This document shows, piece by piece, positions 49,127 through 58,004 of a stretch of 64,000 bases of DNA (the stretch's first letter is position 1; each line of letters starts with the position of its first letter). The stretch is from an uncultured virus (IMG/VR IMGVR_UViG_3300012259_000001). Lineage: Duplodnaviria > Heunggongvirae > Uroviricota > Caudoviricetes. A program made the translations under genes and the position numbers. The stretch covers positions 1-64,000 of the IMG/VR virus record IMGVR_UViG_3300012259_000001; one strand, 5' to 3'. The notes beneath the pieces were generated by a model that was not told the origin of the DNA, did not search any database, and worked only from the letters and a program-made list of their open reading frames with translations.

Positions 49127-50346
49127 GAGTAGTACTCCATGGTAAACGTACGCAGGACGATATACAGTTGCAGACCTGTACGCAGACTCGCTTGAACCGA
49201 ACTGGACTTGGTGGTGGCTGACTTAGAGACGATCTCTTCAGCCAATCCCTTCATCTTGAGGAGGACTGGGTCATTCATCTTCGATGCCATGTACAGGTTT
49301 CGAAGGCGACTGACCAGACTCGAGAGGTTCGATTGGTTGCGGATCAAAGCGCGGTTTTGTGACAAGAACTCAAACGCATGGAGCAGGGTCTCGTCACAGA
49401 GTTCACCGATGTTCTCATGCCGAGCCTTACCATAGTTCGCCGAACAGTACTCCAACACCTCGACCAGAAGTTTCGGAGGCATGGTGTGCATGGCATCATT
49501 GATCACCGACAAAACCTCATTGCGAATGAAGGTATCACGGTCGGTAATGATCGTGTGGATATACCGCTTGTAGTTGCTGATGCTGCGCTGGCGGTCTTTG
49601 AGGATATTCTCCCCATCGATGGCCACCGTACTGCTGGTCGACGAAATGCGTTGCTGATTGTCCTTCAGCTCGATCATTACCGCATACATCTTTTTGACGA
49701 CTTCACGGATACGACCCTGCACGTCTGTAATTAGGTACAAAATTGCATCATCGTCTGTAAAGTCTTTGATCGTCTTGTGATGAATGCCGTTGCGAGCTAT
49801 GATGTCTTGCGAACGAGCAGTAAACAACGCATGCCAGCTACCGTGTTGCTTCAAGGCATACTTCTTGCTCAACGACTCGTAGACCGCTTGGGCCAACTCT
49901 TTGTCGGCTGGGTACTTGAAGTAATGGGCGAAGATGCTGGTGATGAACTTGACCTGAAGCATGTACGCCACATCGATCATGGCTTGTTCTTTCTCACGCA
50001 CCGTCAGCTTACTGGAGGTGTATAGCGCATGGAGCAACCACGCACTGGTGAGGTTCACCACGTCCGAGGTACGTTTGTATTCTTCGTTGATCACTTCCAA
50101 GGAGTAGAGTGATTCTGTCAGGGCGTCATCATCGATGTCCAACACTTCCCCGAACCACGTGTCCCGGTCGGCTTGCAGATAACGGACGACTTCAACCCCG
50201 AGGAGGTTTCCCCCAAAGAACTTGATGTGGTCGTCGTTGCGGTTAATGAAGCTGTGTTTGAAATTGGCCAACCGTTTGACCAACTTACTGTCAATCTCAA
50301 GGTAGGACAATTCCTTCTTGAAGGTGTCCTTGATAGTGGAGGCCAT
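49123..50346 (-). CDS. Conserved jumbo-phage core protein (probably virion-associated)
   Basis: 407 aa; FFGGNLLG motif recalled from phiKZ-like core genes; AGGA RBS. Confidence 0.7.
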   Translation of the reverse strand: MASTIKDTFKKELSYLEIDSKLVKRLANFKHSFINRNDDHIKFFGGNLLGVEVVRYLQADRDTWFGEVLDIDDDALTESLYSLEVINEEYKRTSDVVNLTSAWLLHALYTSSKLTVREKEQAMIDVAYMLQVKFITSIFAHYFKYPADKELAQAVYESLSKKYALKQHGSWHALFTARSQDIIARNGIHHKTIKDFTDDDAILYLITDVQGRIREVVKKMYAVMIELKDNQQRISSTSSTVAIDGENILKDRQRSISNYKRYIHTIITDRDTFIRNEVLSVINDAMHTMPPKLLVEVLEYCSANYGKARHENIGELCDETLLHAFEFLSQNRALIRNQSNLSSLVSRLRNLYMASKMNDPVLLKMKGLAEEIVSKSATTKSSSVQASLRTGLQLYIVLRTFTMEYYS

Positions 50347-50402
50347 GGTTTATGTCCTAAGGCTTGGGAGTCACAGGATACCAAATAAAATATTTTCAAA
50401 TA

Positions 50403-50410
50403 CATATTAC
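50403..50410 (+). promoter_or_regulatory. phiKZ-type early promoter (variant)
   Basis: TTTTCAAATA-CATATTAC-TCAAGGGAATAAG, aligning with 24554. Confidence 0.75.
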
Positions 50411-50469
50411 TCAAGGGAATAAGTTACAAACTCTTATTCATTAACCCTCGTAATCTCAGGAGATTCACA

Positions 50470-50901
50470 ATGACTCATCCCACTATCCGTCAGATCGACA
50501 GCGTCCTGGCCAAGATCGAACGCTTCGTACCATTCGATCCCAAGTGGAATAACGGAACCGGGTATTTCGACCACTTGGTCCATGATGACCTTGAGTTGGA
50601 AGACGGTGAAGTGGTGCGCTTCGTGGATAACATGATGCGTAACGGGATCATCATCGGTAGCCCTCTGGGCAACCTGGTCATATTCGAGCGCCGTGCCCGT
50701 AAGCTCGATAAAGTTCAGCCACACGATGCCGTGATTGTGGTGACCAACCTGCCACGGGAACTACGTTGGATGTACCCTAACGAATTGACCTCCGATGAGT
50801 TCAATACGATCATGGGCATTCCAGGTAACCCTAATCTCGGTAAGCGCATCGAGACCATAGTCAAAGCCGTTACCCAACGCGCTAAGACTGAACAGGCGTA
50901 A
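50470..50901 (+). CDS. Early hypothetical protein
   Basis: 143 aa; CAGGAG hairpin RBS. Confidence 0.8.
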   Translation: MTHPTIRQIDSVLAKIERFVPFDPKWNNGTGYFDHLVHDDLELEDGEVVRFVDNMMRNGIIIGSPLGNLVIFERRARKLDKVQPHDAVIVVTNLPRELRWMYPNELTSDEFNTIMGIPGNPNLGKRIETIVKAVTQRAKTEQA

Positions 50902-50955
50902 TCCCCTCAGGGGTCTTCGGACCCCACCCCACAGCCCTTAGGAGGGCAGGTTCTG

Positions 50956-51213
50956 ATGAAAGAGTTAGAGCAGTTATATGCGATTGAATCCGGAATGGCC
51001 AAGATGTGGTTTGATCTGTTCCGCAGGTTCCCTATGGTTGAAGATGCCGAGCACTATTTCCTTGAGGCCATGAACTGGGGTTGTGCAGCAGCCAGTACTT
51101 TCCAGTCTCTTGGGGAGATGGCAGATCTGTTTACTGCTATGAAGAAGGATCTGGGCGAAGAAGGTTTTGCTGAGCTTCTAAAGACGCTTGACCAAGAAGG
51201 CCCGATGTGGTAA
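50956..51213 (+). CDS. Early hypothetical protein
   Basis: 85 aa; TAGGAGG hairpin RBS. Confidence 0.75.
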   Translation: MKELEQLYAIESGMAKMWFDLFRRFPMVEDAEHYFLEAMNWGCAAASTFQSLGEMADLFTAMKKDLGEEGFAELLKTLDQEGPMW

Positions 51214-51231
51214 CTAAACTTAAACTTGTGA

Positions 51232-51777
51232 GTGATGCCCATGTCTGAAGCTAGCATGAACCAAACTGTTGACGCAGGTCTGATGAACCAAATCGACCAA
51301 GCCCTTGAGAACTTCTCTTTCGCCGAAGAACCTGCAACCAAAGCCAGTTTCGTTGAATTGGGTAACCGTTACCCTGCACCTAGCGCTAAGGAGCGTATCG
51401 AAATGCAACAAGCCACTAGCCGTCCCCTGAGTCACTACATGTTGACCGATGCACTGCGCCCCACCTTCAAGACCGATGCCGTAGGAAGCCTGATCCTGCG
51501 TTTCGATGTCCTGAAGTCTGCACTGCAAGGTAAAGACACCCCAGAGCTGCGCCTGGACCTCTCCAGTCACATCAATGCGATGATGACTTCGGCTCGAGCA
51601 CTGTTGGTGTCTGATGCAGGTCTGATCCGTAAGAACCTGGTTCGCTTGGAAGCTGCGGGTATCAATGTGGCCTTGTGTCCAGAAGAAAGTGGTGACGGAC
51701 ACCTCCTGATCCTCTTTGCTCAGAACGTGGGTTTCAGCCGTAAAGTCTATCTGCGCAAATTCATCACCACAACGTAA
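51232..51777 (+). CDS. Hypothetical protein
   Basis: About 180 aa; exact start uncertain. Confidence 0.7.
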   Translation: MMPMSEASMNQTVDAGLMNQIDQALENFSFAEEPATKASFVELGNRYPAPSAKERIEMQQATSRPLSHYMLTDALRPTFKTDAVGSLILRFDVLKSALQGKDTPELRLDLSSHINAMMTSARALLVSDAGLIRKNLVRLEAAGINVALCPEESGDGHLLILFAQNVGFSRKVYLRKFITTT

Positions 51778-51784
51778 TACCTAT

Positions 51785-51830
51785 GAAGTCGGGTGCATCC
51801 TAAGGGGTGCGCTCGACTCTTCTTTTTTTT
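51785..51830 (+). terminator. Intrinsic terminator
   Basis: AGTCGGGTGCATCC-TAAG-GGGTGCGCTCGACT plus T tract. Confidence 0.7.
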
Positions 51831-51865
51831 ATCCACATTCTTAGCCACTAGCTGAGGTACCGACA

Positions 51866-52354
51866 ATGAGCGTCCGTGACATCTTCCAACTCAGTATGGA
51901 AAATCACGAAGAAAGCGTGGTGGACGACGACAGCGTCGAACATCCTCTCTTCGAGGGCTTCGAGCCTGAACGCAGTGTGATCTTCCATGGCAACATCCAA
52001 TCGGGTGAATGGGAGCAGATCCTCCAGGACTCTTACAAAGAGTTCCGGGTATGGAATCTACCTGGGCGGGGTGTAGAAATCCCTTCGCTGGAAACCATCC
52101 AGCTTCAAGAGCATGCAGCCGAACTCACCGAAGAGTTGTTGAGTGAAGCCACTCAGGTGTATGTACTGCCTGAAGAGGATCTGGGTCAGGCTGTTCAGGA
52201 AGAGTTTCTGAACGCTGCGATGAACAACCCTGAGAACTCGGTGGTGGTCACCAAGCGCCCTGAGGCGCTGGCGGTGGACGCATTGCGACAGAAAGGCATC
52301 GCGGTAGTGACTTCTCTGGAAGATGCTGCCTTGTACGTAGCCACAGCGTGCTAA
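51866..52354 (+). CDS. Acidic protein with head-protease-type sites
   Basis: 162 aa; SME, SLE, SLE motifs; GAGGT RBS. Confidence 0.7.
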   Translation: MSVRDIFQLSMENHEESVVDDDSVEHPLFEGFEPERSVIFHGNIQSGEWEQILQDSYKEFRVWNLPGRGVEIPSLETIQLQEHAAELTEELLSEATQVYVLPEEDLGQAVQEEFLNAAMNNPENSVVVTKRPEALAVDALRQKGIAVVTSLEDAALYVATAC

Positions 52355-52830
52355 GTAGACTGGGCGGGCGGCTTCGGCCGTTGCGCCCGGTTATGCCGGC
52401 GGGCGGCGCGGGGCGGCGGGGCATAGATAAATGTTTGCTTTTTTAGATCCCCTCTGGGGTATCTCTTAGGATTATCTAGTCTTGTTTTCCTGTGTCAGTA
52501 TTTTTTTACATTACTTCGGTATGGATTTGACATAAAAGCGGAAGGAAGGAGTAGTAGCGAAGCGTAAGCGGAGATACTAGGACTGACTGACAGCTAAACC
52601 AATCCCACTCATCCCTACGGGTCGTGGTCTTGGAGCGTAGCGTAAAGGCCATGAGCCTGGGGGAGAGGGGGGCTAAAGAGCAGGGAATCGAAGATTCCCT
52701 TCCTATGCTTTTGAAAAACCTTTTACGTCTCTACTGTTAACTAACCCTATTAAACACAAGCACCCAACCAACGTAACCTCCAGTGGAGTTGGGGTGTAAG
52801 TGAACCAACAACAACGAGCCAACATCCAAC
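52355..52830. other. Long non-coding region, candidate origin/priming or packaging locus
   Basis: No ORF. G-rich tract, AT-rich tract and two stem-loops carrying AGCG(A/T)AGCGTAA. Confidence 0.4.
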
Positions 52831-53160
52831 ATGAAAAACAACGTCTGGAAAGATAACGAAGTCGTCTGTGCACGCTACGCTCAAGCCTTACGGGTCATCC
52901 GTGAGAAAATCGGCGAAAACCCTAGTCGTAACCTGGAGCTTACGGGGCGACTGGAACCTAAGGTACTGGGCGCTCTAGTAGACGTGGTAGGACGTCATCA
53001 TGAAGTCTTGGTACAGTTGGAAGACCCTGAGTTCTTTACGCGTCGGTCTAACCCGACTCCGAGTGCACATCGGTATCAAGCGGTAACGCCTGTGGGAACG
53101 TTCTTGTTTGACTTGGACTTCTCTCAAGCGGCTACCGCTGCTCGTAACTACGTGTGGTAA
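52831..53160 (+). CDS. Hypothetical protein
   Basis: 109 aa followed by a hairpin. Confidence 0.65.
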   Translation: MKNNVWKDNEVVCARYAQALRVIREKIGENPSRNLELTGRLEPKVLGALVDVVGRHHEVLVQLEDPEFFTRRSNPTPSAHRYQAVTPVGTFLFDLDFSQAATAARNYVW

Positions 53161-53251
53161 GTAGAGTCCTGCCTCCCTACGGGGAGGCGGGGCTTTATGC
53201 TCGGGTATCCTATGAAAGAGGATTGGTCTTTTTTTTTTCATGGGGTGGGTA

Positions 53252-53806
53252 ATGAAGCGACGTATTGCGGGTTTGTGGCGACAAGTCCTACCCAAAATCA
53301 AGATAGGGGGCGTTTGGAAGGACGTCAATACCGGTTGGATTAAAGTCAACGGAGTCTTTCGTAAATTTAAGTTTCCGTTGGTTACGCCACCTATGGGTGT
53401 GATCTTTAGAAGTGCGCTCAACACGGGTGTGAATGGCAATGTTTACGAACGACGTTCCTTTATCCGCAGTGGTTGGGGTCCTGCTGTAGGGGGTACTCCC
53501 GGACCTGTATCGGATGGTGCGATTAGCTATCTTGAATTTACCGTCGAAGGCGAGACGTGGTTGATTCGTGGTATTGAGACAGGCAGTGATGTGGTGGGGG
53601 GCGTTGCTTCCTGGAAGTGGGTATCGTTGCAGTTTTTCGGTCGGGTTGATGTAAATAAGTTGGCTCAGGTCATCTACCTCAACGGACACGTTGCCATATA
53701 CAGCGGGCACTACTACGAACCCCAATACGACATTACGTTCATTACGCATGAGTTAATAACCGCTCGCCAGTTTCCTGCAGACGTCCACATCGATTTAAAA
53801 TTCTAA
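53252..53806 (+). CDS. Trp-repeat N-terminal family protein 6
   Basis: Start at ATG 53252; MKRRIAGLW...KIGGVW...KVNGVF. Confidence 0.7.
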   Translation: MKRRIAGLWRQVLPKIKIGGVWKDVNTGWIKVNGVFRKFKFPLVTPPMGVIFRSALNTGVNGNVYERRSFIRSGWGPAVGGTPGPVSDGAISYLEFTVEGETWLIRGIETGSDVVGGVASWKWVSLQFFGRVDVNKLAQVIYLNGHVAIYSGHYYEPQYDITFITHELITARQFPADVHIDLKF

Positions 53807-53846
53807 GACAGCATACGGCGAGGGTTACCCCTCGCCGGTTATGCCG

Positions 53847-54602
53847 TTATTGGATCGAGAGGAACTCAGAGGCAGAGAAGACCTTACGGTAAAGGTTAAA
53901 CTTGACCAATGATTCAGCCAAGCGATACCCTGCATACTTGAGTAGGCTGTTTAACGCCTCATCCTCTGTCCTGACCAGTACCTGATTGATCCTGACTGAA
54001 TTCAGCAAAGTACTGCCTACGTGAATGTAGTCTGCCTCCGGGTTCACATTCAAAGACACGAAGTCATTGTGTAAAGTGGTGGTGATCAACAGGCCTACGG
54101 GTTGTTCGTTTTGATACGCAAAGGTGTATTGGTGAGGAACGTCCGAGTAGTTGATAGCACCCATCTGTGGGAGGTTGTAAACGATCCCTAGAGGCTCTAG
54201 GAAGGCTTTAGCTTGATCTAAGGTAGCTCGACCTACCGTGATGGGCGAATCGCTCTCCAGAGACACCCTGTAGCGTTTGAGCCACTCTCTAGGAATGATC
54301 CGTACCGAACAGGTAGTGCGTTTTTGTTCGATCAGCTTACAGAAGCGGTGAAAGCCATCGAGAATCACCCACCCGAACCGAGGTTCTTCGGTGATGATGA
54401 TTGGGTATCGGGTATCAGCCTCTTTCAAACGGATGGGGTCTGGTTCCCCGAAACGTAAGTTCCATTCCAATTTTTTGGTATGGACTTGTTTGACAGGTAA
54501 CTTCGCAGCATCGGCTAGTAGAGGATCGAGTTGGTAATCTTTGTCCATATGACGGAAGGTGCTATCGGGACCTTCTTGATACGGGGGTTTTTCAAGAGTC
54601 AT
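53847..54602 (-). CDS. ParB/Srx-like domain fused to a GNAT-like domain
   Basis: YPIII...ILDGFHR; linker VSLES; C-half FAY....PVGLL...SLNVNP...HVGSTLL...LLKYAGY. Confidence 0.55.
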   Translation of the reverse strand: MTLEKPPYQEGPDSTFRHMDKDYQLDPLLADAAKLPVKQVHTKKLEWNLRFGEPDPIRLKEADTRYPIIITEEPRFGWVILDGFHRFCKLIEQKRTTCSVRIIPREWLKRYRVSLESDSPITVGRATLDQAKAFLEPLGIVYNLPQMGAINYSDVPHQYTFAYQNEQPVGLLITTTLHNDFVSLNVNPEADYIHVGSTLLNSVRINQVLVRTEDEALNSLLKYAGYRLAESLVKFNLYRKVFSASEFLSIQ

Positions 54603-54647
54603 AAAGAAATCCTTACGAGGAGGGGACCGGCCCCTCCTCTGGTTGAG

Positions 54648-55463
54648 TTACCAACGCCCGCCGGTCAAGAGACCCAAATGGCGTTTGTGTTGTTCCGGGT
54701 CAGCCATGAGCGAAATTTTTCGCCAGCGCTCATCGAACATGGTTTGGTATTGTTCCATGGCATCGGAATACCCGTCCACCACTTCACGGAACCGACCTAA
54801 GGCCATACCACCCGAGAGTTGGGCTTGATCCATGCTGATATTGATGTTGTTGTAGATGTAGCCCTTACAGGCCAACACACACATTTTACCAAACACCAAA
54901 ATGGCTGCAGGTAAGAAACCATTGAGTTCAGCATCGTTCTCAACCACACACCGCAGGTACGGATTGCCTGGCATGGCAATGTTCTCTCGCACCAGTACGG
55001 TGTTTTCACCGATCAACTCAATGTTGGCGGTAGAGACAATTGGAATCGGGAGGCGTGACTGCAACACCCCTTGGGCTTTGTCCAATAACGCAGAGCGGCC
55101 TTGAAGACCTAGGTTCATCGACCCTGCGATACCGCCATCACCGAAGGTTATATGGAGAACACGGACGATACTGCGTTGTTGCGTGAGGTGCTTCGGCACC
55201 CGATAAACGAGGTTGTACGAGTTGACGTACTCGGGACGTACTGAGCCAAGCGGGACAGTGACTTCAGTACCACCCACAAGATGACAATCCGGCAAAACAA
55301 TTCCATCGATCACAGCCTCACGAATGCGTTGATCCAACGACAAAGGTTGGAAGTTATGACGTCCACCGAAGGCAGACATGTTTTGGGTTAAGAACGTACG
55401 TTCCAGGATCTCTTTGGGGATACTGGTTCGAATGTCCTTTAGAGCTTTTTGAATGGCGTTCAT
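54648..55463 (-). CDS. Conserved jumbo-phage core protein
   Basis: 271 aa (MNAIQKALKDIRTSIPKEIL); position before PhuZ as recalled for phiKZ-like phages. Confidence 0.7.
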   Translation of the reverse strand: MNAIQKALKDIRTSIPKEILERTFLTQNMSAFGGRHNFQPLSLDQRIREAVIDGIVLPDCHLVGGTEVTVPLGSVRPEYVNSYNLVYRVPKHLTQQRSIVRVLHITFGDGGIAGSMNLGLQGRSALLDKAQGVLQSRLPIPIVSTANIELIGENTVLVRENIAMPGNPYLRCVVENDAELNGFLPAAILVFGKMCVLACKGYIYNNINISMDQAQLSGGMALGRFREVVDGYSDAMEQYQTMFDERWRKISLMADPEQHKRHLGLLTGGRW

Positions 55464-55550
55464 AGTTAAGGTCCTACGTTAGTTTCCCCTTCTATAAAAT
55501 TGCGGGTAAGTCATAGCCTTATTGGAAAATAATTCAGGTGTATACTATCT

Positions 55551-55805
55551 GTGGGAAGTAATACCCAGCCTTCAATCGATTGGAGCACTATCATGTTCAA
55601 ATGGATTAACCCTGCACATTGGGGAAAGCGCGCAGCACATGCAGTCAAACGTTGGGAGAACCGTCGTAAGGCGGAGCAGTTCTTTCAACAGGCCGACCTG
55701 ATGGTTATTGAAGCTGACAGTCATCGCGAAGGTCCGCTTAAAGATGCCTGTATGAAAAAAGCCCTCGAGTTGGCTAACAAGGCCTTTGCCCTCTGCGATA
55801 AATAA
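55551..55805 (+). CDS. Hypothetical protein
   Basis: Likely start at ATG 55593 (MFKWIN) after GGAG. Confidence 0.65.
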   Translation: MGSNTQPSIDWSTIMFKWINPAHWGKRAAHAVKRWENRRKAEQFFQQADLMVIEADSHREGPLKDACMKKALELANKAFALCDK

Positions 55806-55836
55806 GCCACCCCCAGCAATTCTAAGGAGAATGAAG

Positions 55837-56436
55837 ATGTCGAACAAAGATGAACTCGATGACATGCGGCGCACCATCATCAGTGACTTCTCTCAAGCGT
55901 GGTCATTGAACGACGCCGCGCATCGGGTGGAGCATTTTCGAATGGTGGAGCTGACAGGCTACCACATCAATGAAACCCTGCGCTTGGGTTTTAACCCCAA
56001 ACACATTCTGTTGGTTGCTTATTTCCACGACTTGTTTTCGTGGAGTCGTCACAACCACCACCTGATGTCCGGTGAGTGGATCATGACTACCGATTACCCA
56101 CTGATCGCTCAACTGGACCCTGAAGAGCGTTCTTTGGTGGCCTCAGGTTGTCGTGAACACCGAGCGTCTAACCAGCAGCCGTTTACCAACCAGTTTGCTG
56201 AATTGATGTCCTCAGCAGATCGGGGGTTCCCGGAGAAGAATCTTAAAGGCATGCTCCAACGCGCCATTGAGTATCGACTCCATCGTGGGGATAATCACGA
56301 AGCCGCCCGTAAGGGGGCATTGACCCACGTGAAAGAGAAGTTTGGTAGTCAAGGCTATGCTCGCTATCCAAACCTGTACACACAGGCGTTTAAACAGGAG
56401 CTTCAAGAACAACGCGATCTCGTGGATTTGTTGTAA
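55837..56436 (+). CDS. HD-domain phosphohydrolase
   Basis: AHRVEH...YFHDL...HH...EHR...SAD; start chosen by AAGGAG spacing. Confidence 0.85.
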   Translation: MSNKDELDDMRRTIISDFSQAWSLNDAAHRVEHFRMVELTGYHINETLRLGFNPKHILLVAYFHDLFSWSRHNHHLMSGEWIMTTDYPLIAQLDPEERSLVASGCREHRASNQQPFTNQFAELMSSADRGFPEKNLKGMLQRAIEYRLHRGDNHEAARKGALTHVKEKFGSQGYARYPNLYTQAFKQELQEQRDLVDLL

Positions 56437-56564
56437 GTAAAAAAAGATATGTGTTTGGTATTTCTTTGAAGAGATGCCAGCATAAAACCCACGTAGGGAT
56501 CTACCCAACCTATAAACGGTAATCCCTATGTACTAAACTTAACCTGAATACAAGGTGAATTCAT

Positions 56565-57545
56565 ATGAGCGATAAAAACGTTTCTGGTGTCGGTACCGTT
56601 CGAATTTTTGGGTGCGGGGGCCTCGGGGTCAATTTCGCTGCAAACTACCTGAAGAGTCAGGGCGGTGATGGGTTCGCTGCGATCGATCCGGCGTTCATCG
56701 ACACCAGTCGCTCCAACCTGACCCCGGAAATCCCCGAGGAAAAGATCTACATCCTCGACAACACCGACGGTTCCGGTAAGGTGCGTCGTGAGAACCACGC
56801 TCAGATCTCCAGCTCCATCAAGCACATCCTGCAATCGCAGCAGCCTGGTGAGTTCAACATCGTCGTGTTCTCGGCCTCCGGTGGCTCGGGTTCTGTTCTG
56901 GGTCCGCTGATCGTCTCCGAACTGCTGGCGCGTGGTCTGCCGGTCGTGGTACTGACTGCCGGTTCTTCGGAATCGAACATCACTGCCAACAACACCGTCA
57001 ACACCCTGAAGTCGCTGGCGGCTATCAGCAAGAAGGAATCGGCCCCGGTCGTGACCTACTACCTGCACAACGGTGGCGACAACACCCGCAGCGCGGTGGA
57101 CAAAAAGCTGGCGTTCGCTACCTCCTGCCTGTCGTACCTGGCTTCGCGTCAGAATGCCGAGCTGGATACCAAAGACGTCAGTCACTGGCTGCGTTACAAC
57201 CACTCGACCGAAGTCGCTCCTCAGCTCTCGCTGCTGGACATCTTCATCGACCAGAAGTCGGCCAAGAGCATCACCGATCCGATCTCGGTGGCCAGCCTCT
57301 ACGCTGATCGTGACCAACCGCATCTCACCGATCCGGTGCCGGACTACTCGGCAACTGGTTACTTCCAGCACAAGGTGCAGGACATCGAAGAGATCCATTT
57401 CGTGATCTCGACCCAACACCTCGGCGCGACTTACGAGAAGCTCGAGGAAACCCGTAACGACTACAACGCTCGTCGCGACAGCCGCGTACAGACCCGCAAG
57501 ATCGTGGATCTGGACGAAGCACAAGACGACGGTTTGGTTCTGTAA
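56565..57545 (+). CDS. phuZ: Phage tubulin PhuZ
   Basis: GCGGLG, IDTS, GSGK.R, SASGGSGS tubulin signature, acidic C-terminal DDGLVL tail; 326 aa. Confidence 0.95.
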   Translation: MSDKNVSGVGTVRIFGCGGLGVNFAANYLKSQGGDGFAAIDPAFIDTSRSNLTPEIPEEKIYILDNTDGSGKVRRENHAQISSSIKHILQSQQPGEFNIVVFSASGGSGSVLGPLIVSELLARGLPVVVLTAGSSESNITANNTVNTLKSLAAISKKESAPVVTYYLHNGGDNTRSAVDKKLAFATSCLSYLASRQNAELDTKDVSHWLRYNHSTEVAPQLSLLDIFIDQKSAKSITDPISVASLYADRDQPHLTDPVPDYSATGYFQHKVQDIEEIHFVISTQHLGATYEKLEETRNDYNARRDSRVQTRKIVDLDEAQDDGLVL

Positions 57546-57555
57546 GAGGTACTAT

Positions 57556-57756
57556 ATGAGCCACTTGTTTGCATGCGACACCTGCGACACGGTAGACCTC
57601 GATGAGTTGTCTCCGTTGCCGCAACCTTGCCCATCCGGCAAGTGGCTCTGTACCTGCTGCATGAGCCGGCCCTGGCACAACCAGTTCCCGCAAGAGAAGT
57701 ACGACCCCGAGAAGCATCTTGTGGTCAATCGTCCTTCGGGAATTGGGCTGGGTTGA
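57556..57756 (+). CDS. Small zinc-finger protein
   Basis: CDTC...CTCC...WH; GAGGT RBS. Confidence 0.7.
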   Translation: MSHLFACDTCDTVDLDELSPLPQPCPSGKWLCTCCMSRPWHNQFPQEKYDPEKHLVVNRPSGIGLG

Positions 57757-57785
57757 AAGATCGTCGTTAAAAGGGAATTCGTACC

Positions 57786-58004
57786 GTGACGCAAGAGCAA
57801 AAAGAGTATGTGGTTTTACGCACCCTGTTTGTAGTGTTCTGTACACTCATCGGTGCCGCTATCGGGATTTGGTTCTCGTGGCAAGTAGCAGTGGGGCTGG
57901 GTTTGTTCCAGTTTGTACTGTGTATGGGTTTGACTCGCAAGCGAATCGCGATGCTCGAACGTTATCCATATGAGGACACCACATGCTCCGTCCAATCAAG
58001 TTAA
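57786..58004 (+). CDS. Small two-TM membrane protein
   Basis: Two hydrophobic helices. Confidence 0.6.
   Translation: MTQEQKEYVVLRTLFVVFCTLIGAAIGIWFSWQVAVGLGLFQFVLCMGLTRKRIAMLERYPYEDTTCSVQSS

Noticed and set aside
54648..54670. Other Trp-terminated ORFs (GGRW*, YTNW*, NYVW*, GPMW*) as members of the PPSxxW tag family
   Set aside because: They lack the P-[PK]-S core
55530..55550. Additional early promoters at about 55541 (TATACTAT) and about 61128 (TATAACAT)
   Set aside because: Context resembles the TTTCA...TATATTAC promoters, but the core has two or more mismatches; not called
56526..57524. 332-aa antisense ORF opposite phuZ
   Set aside because: Shadow ORF of a codon-biased gene
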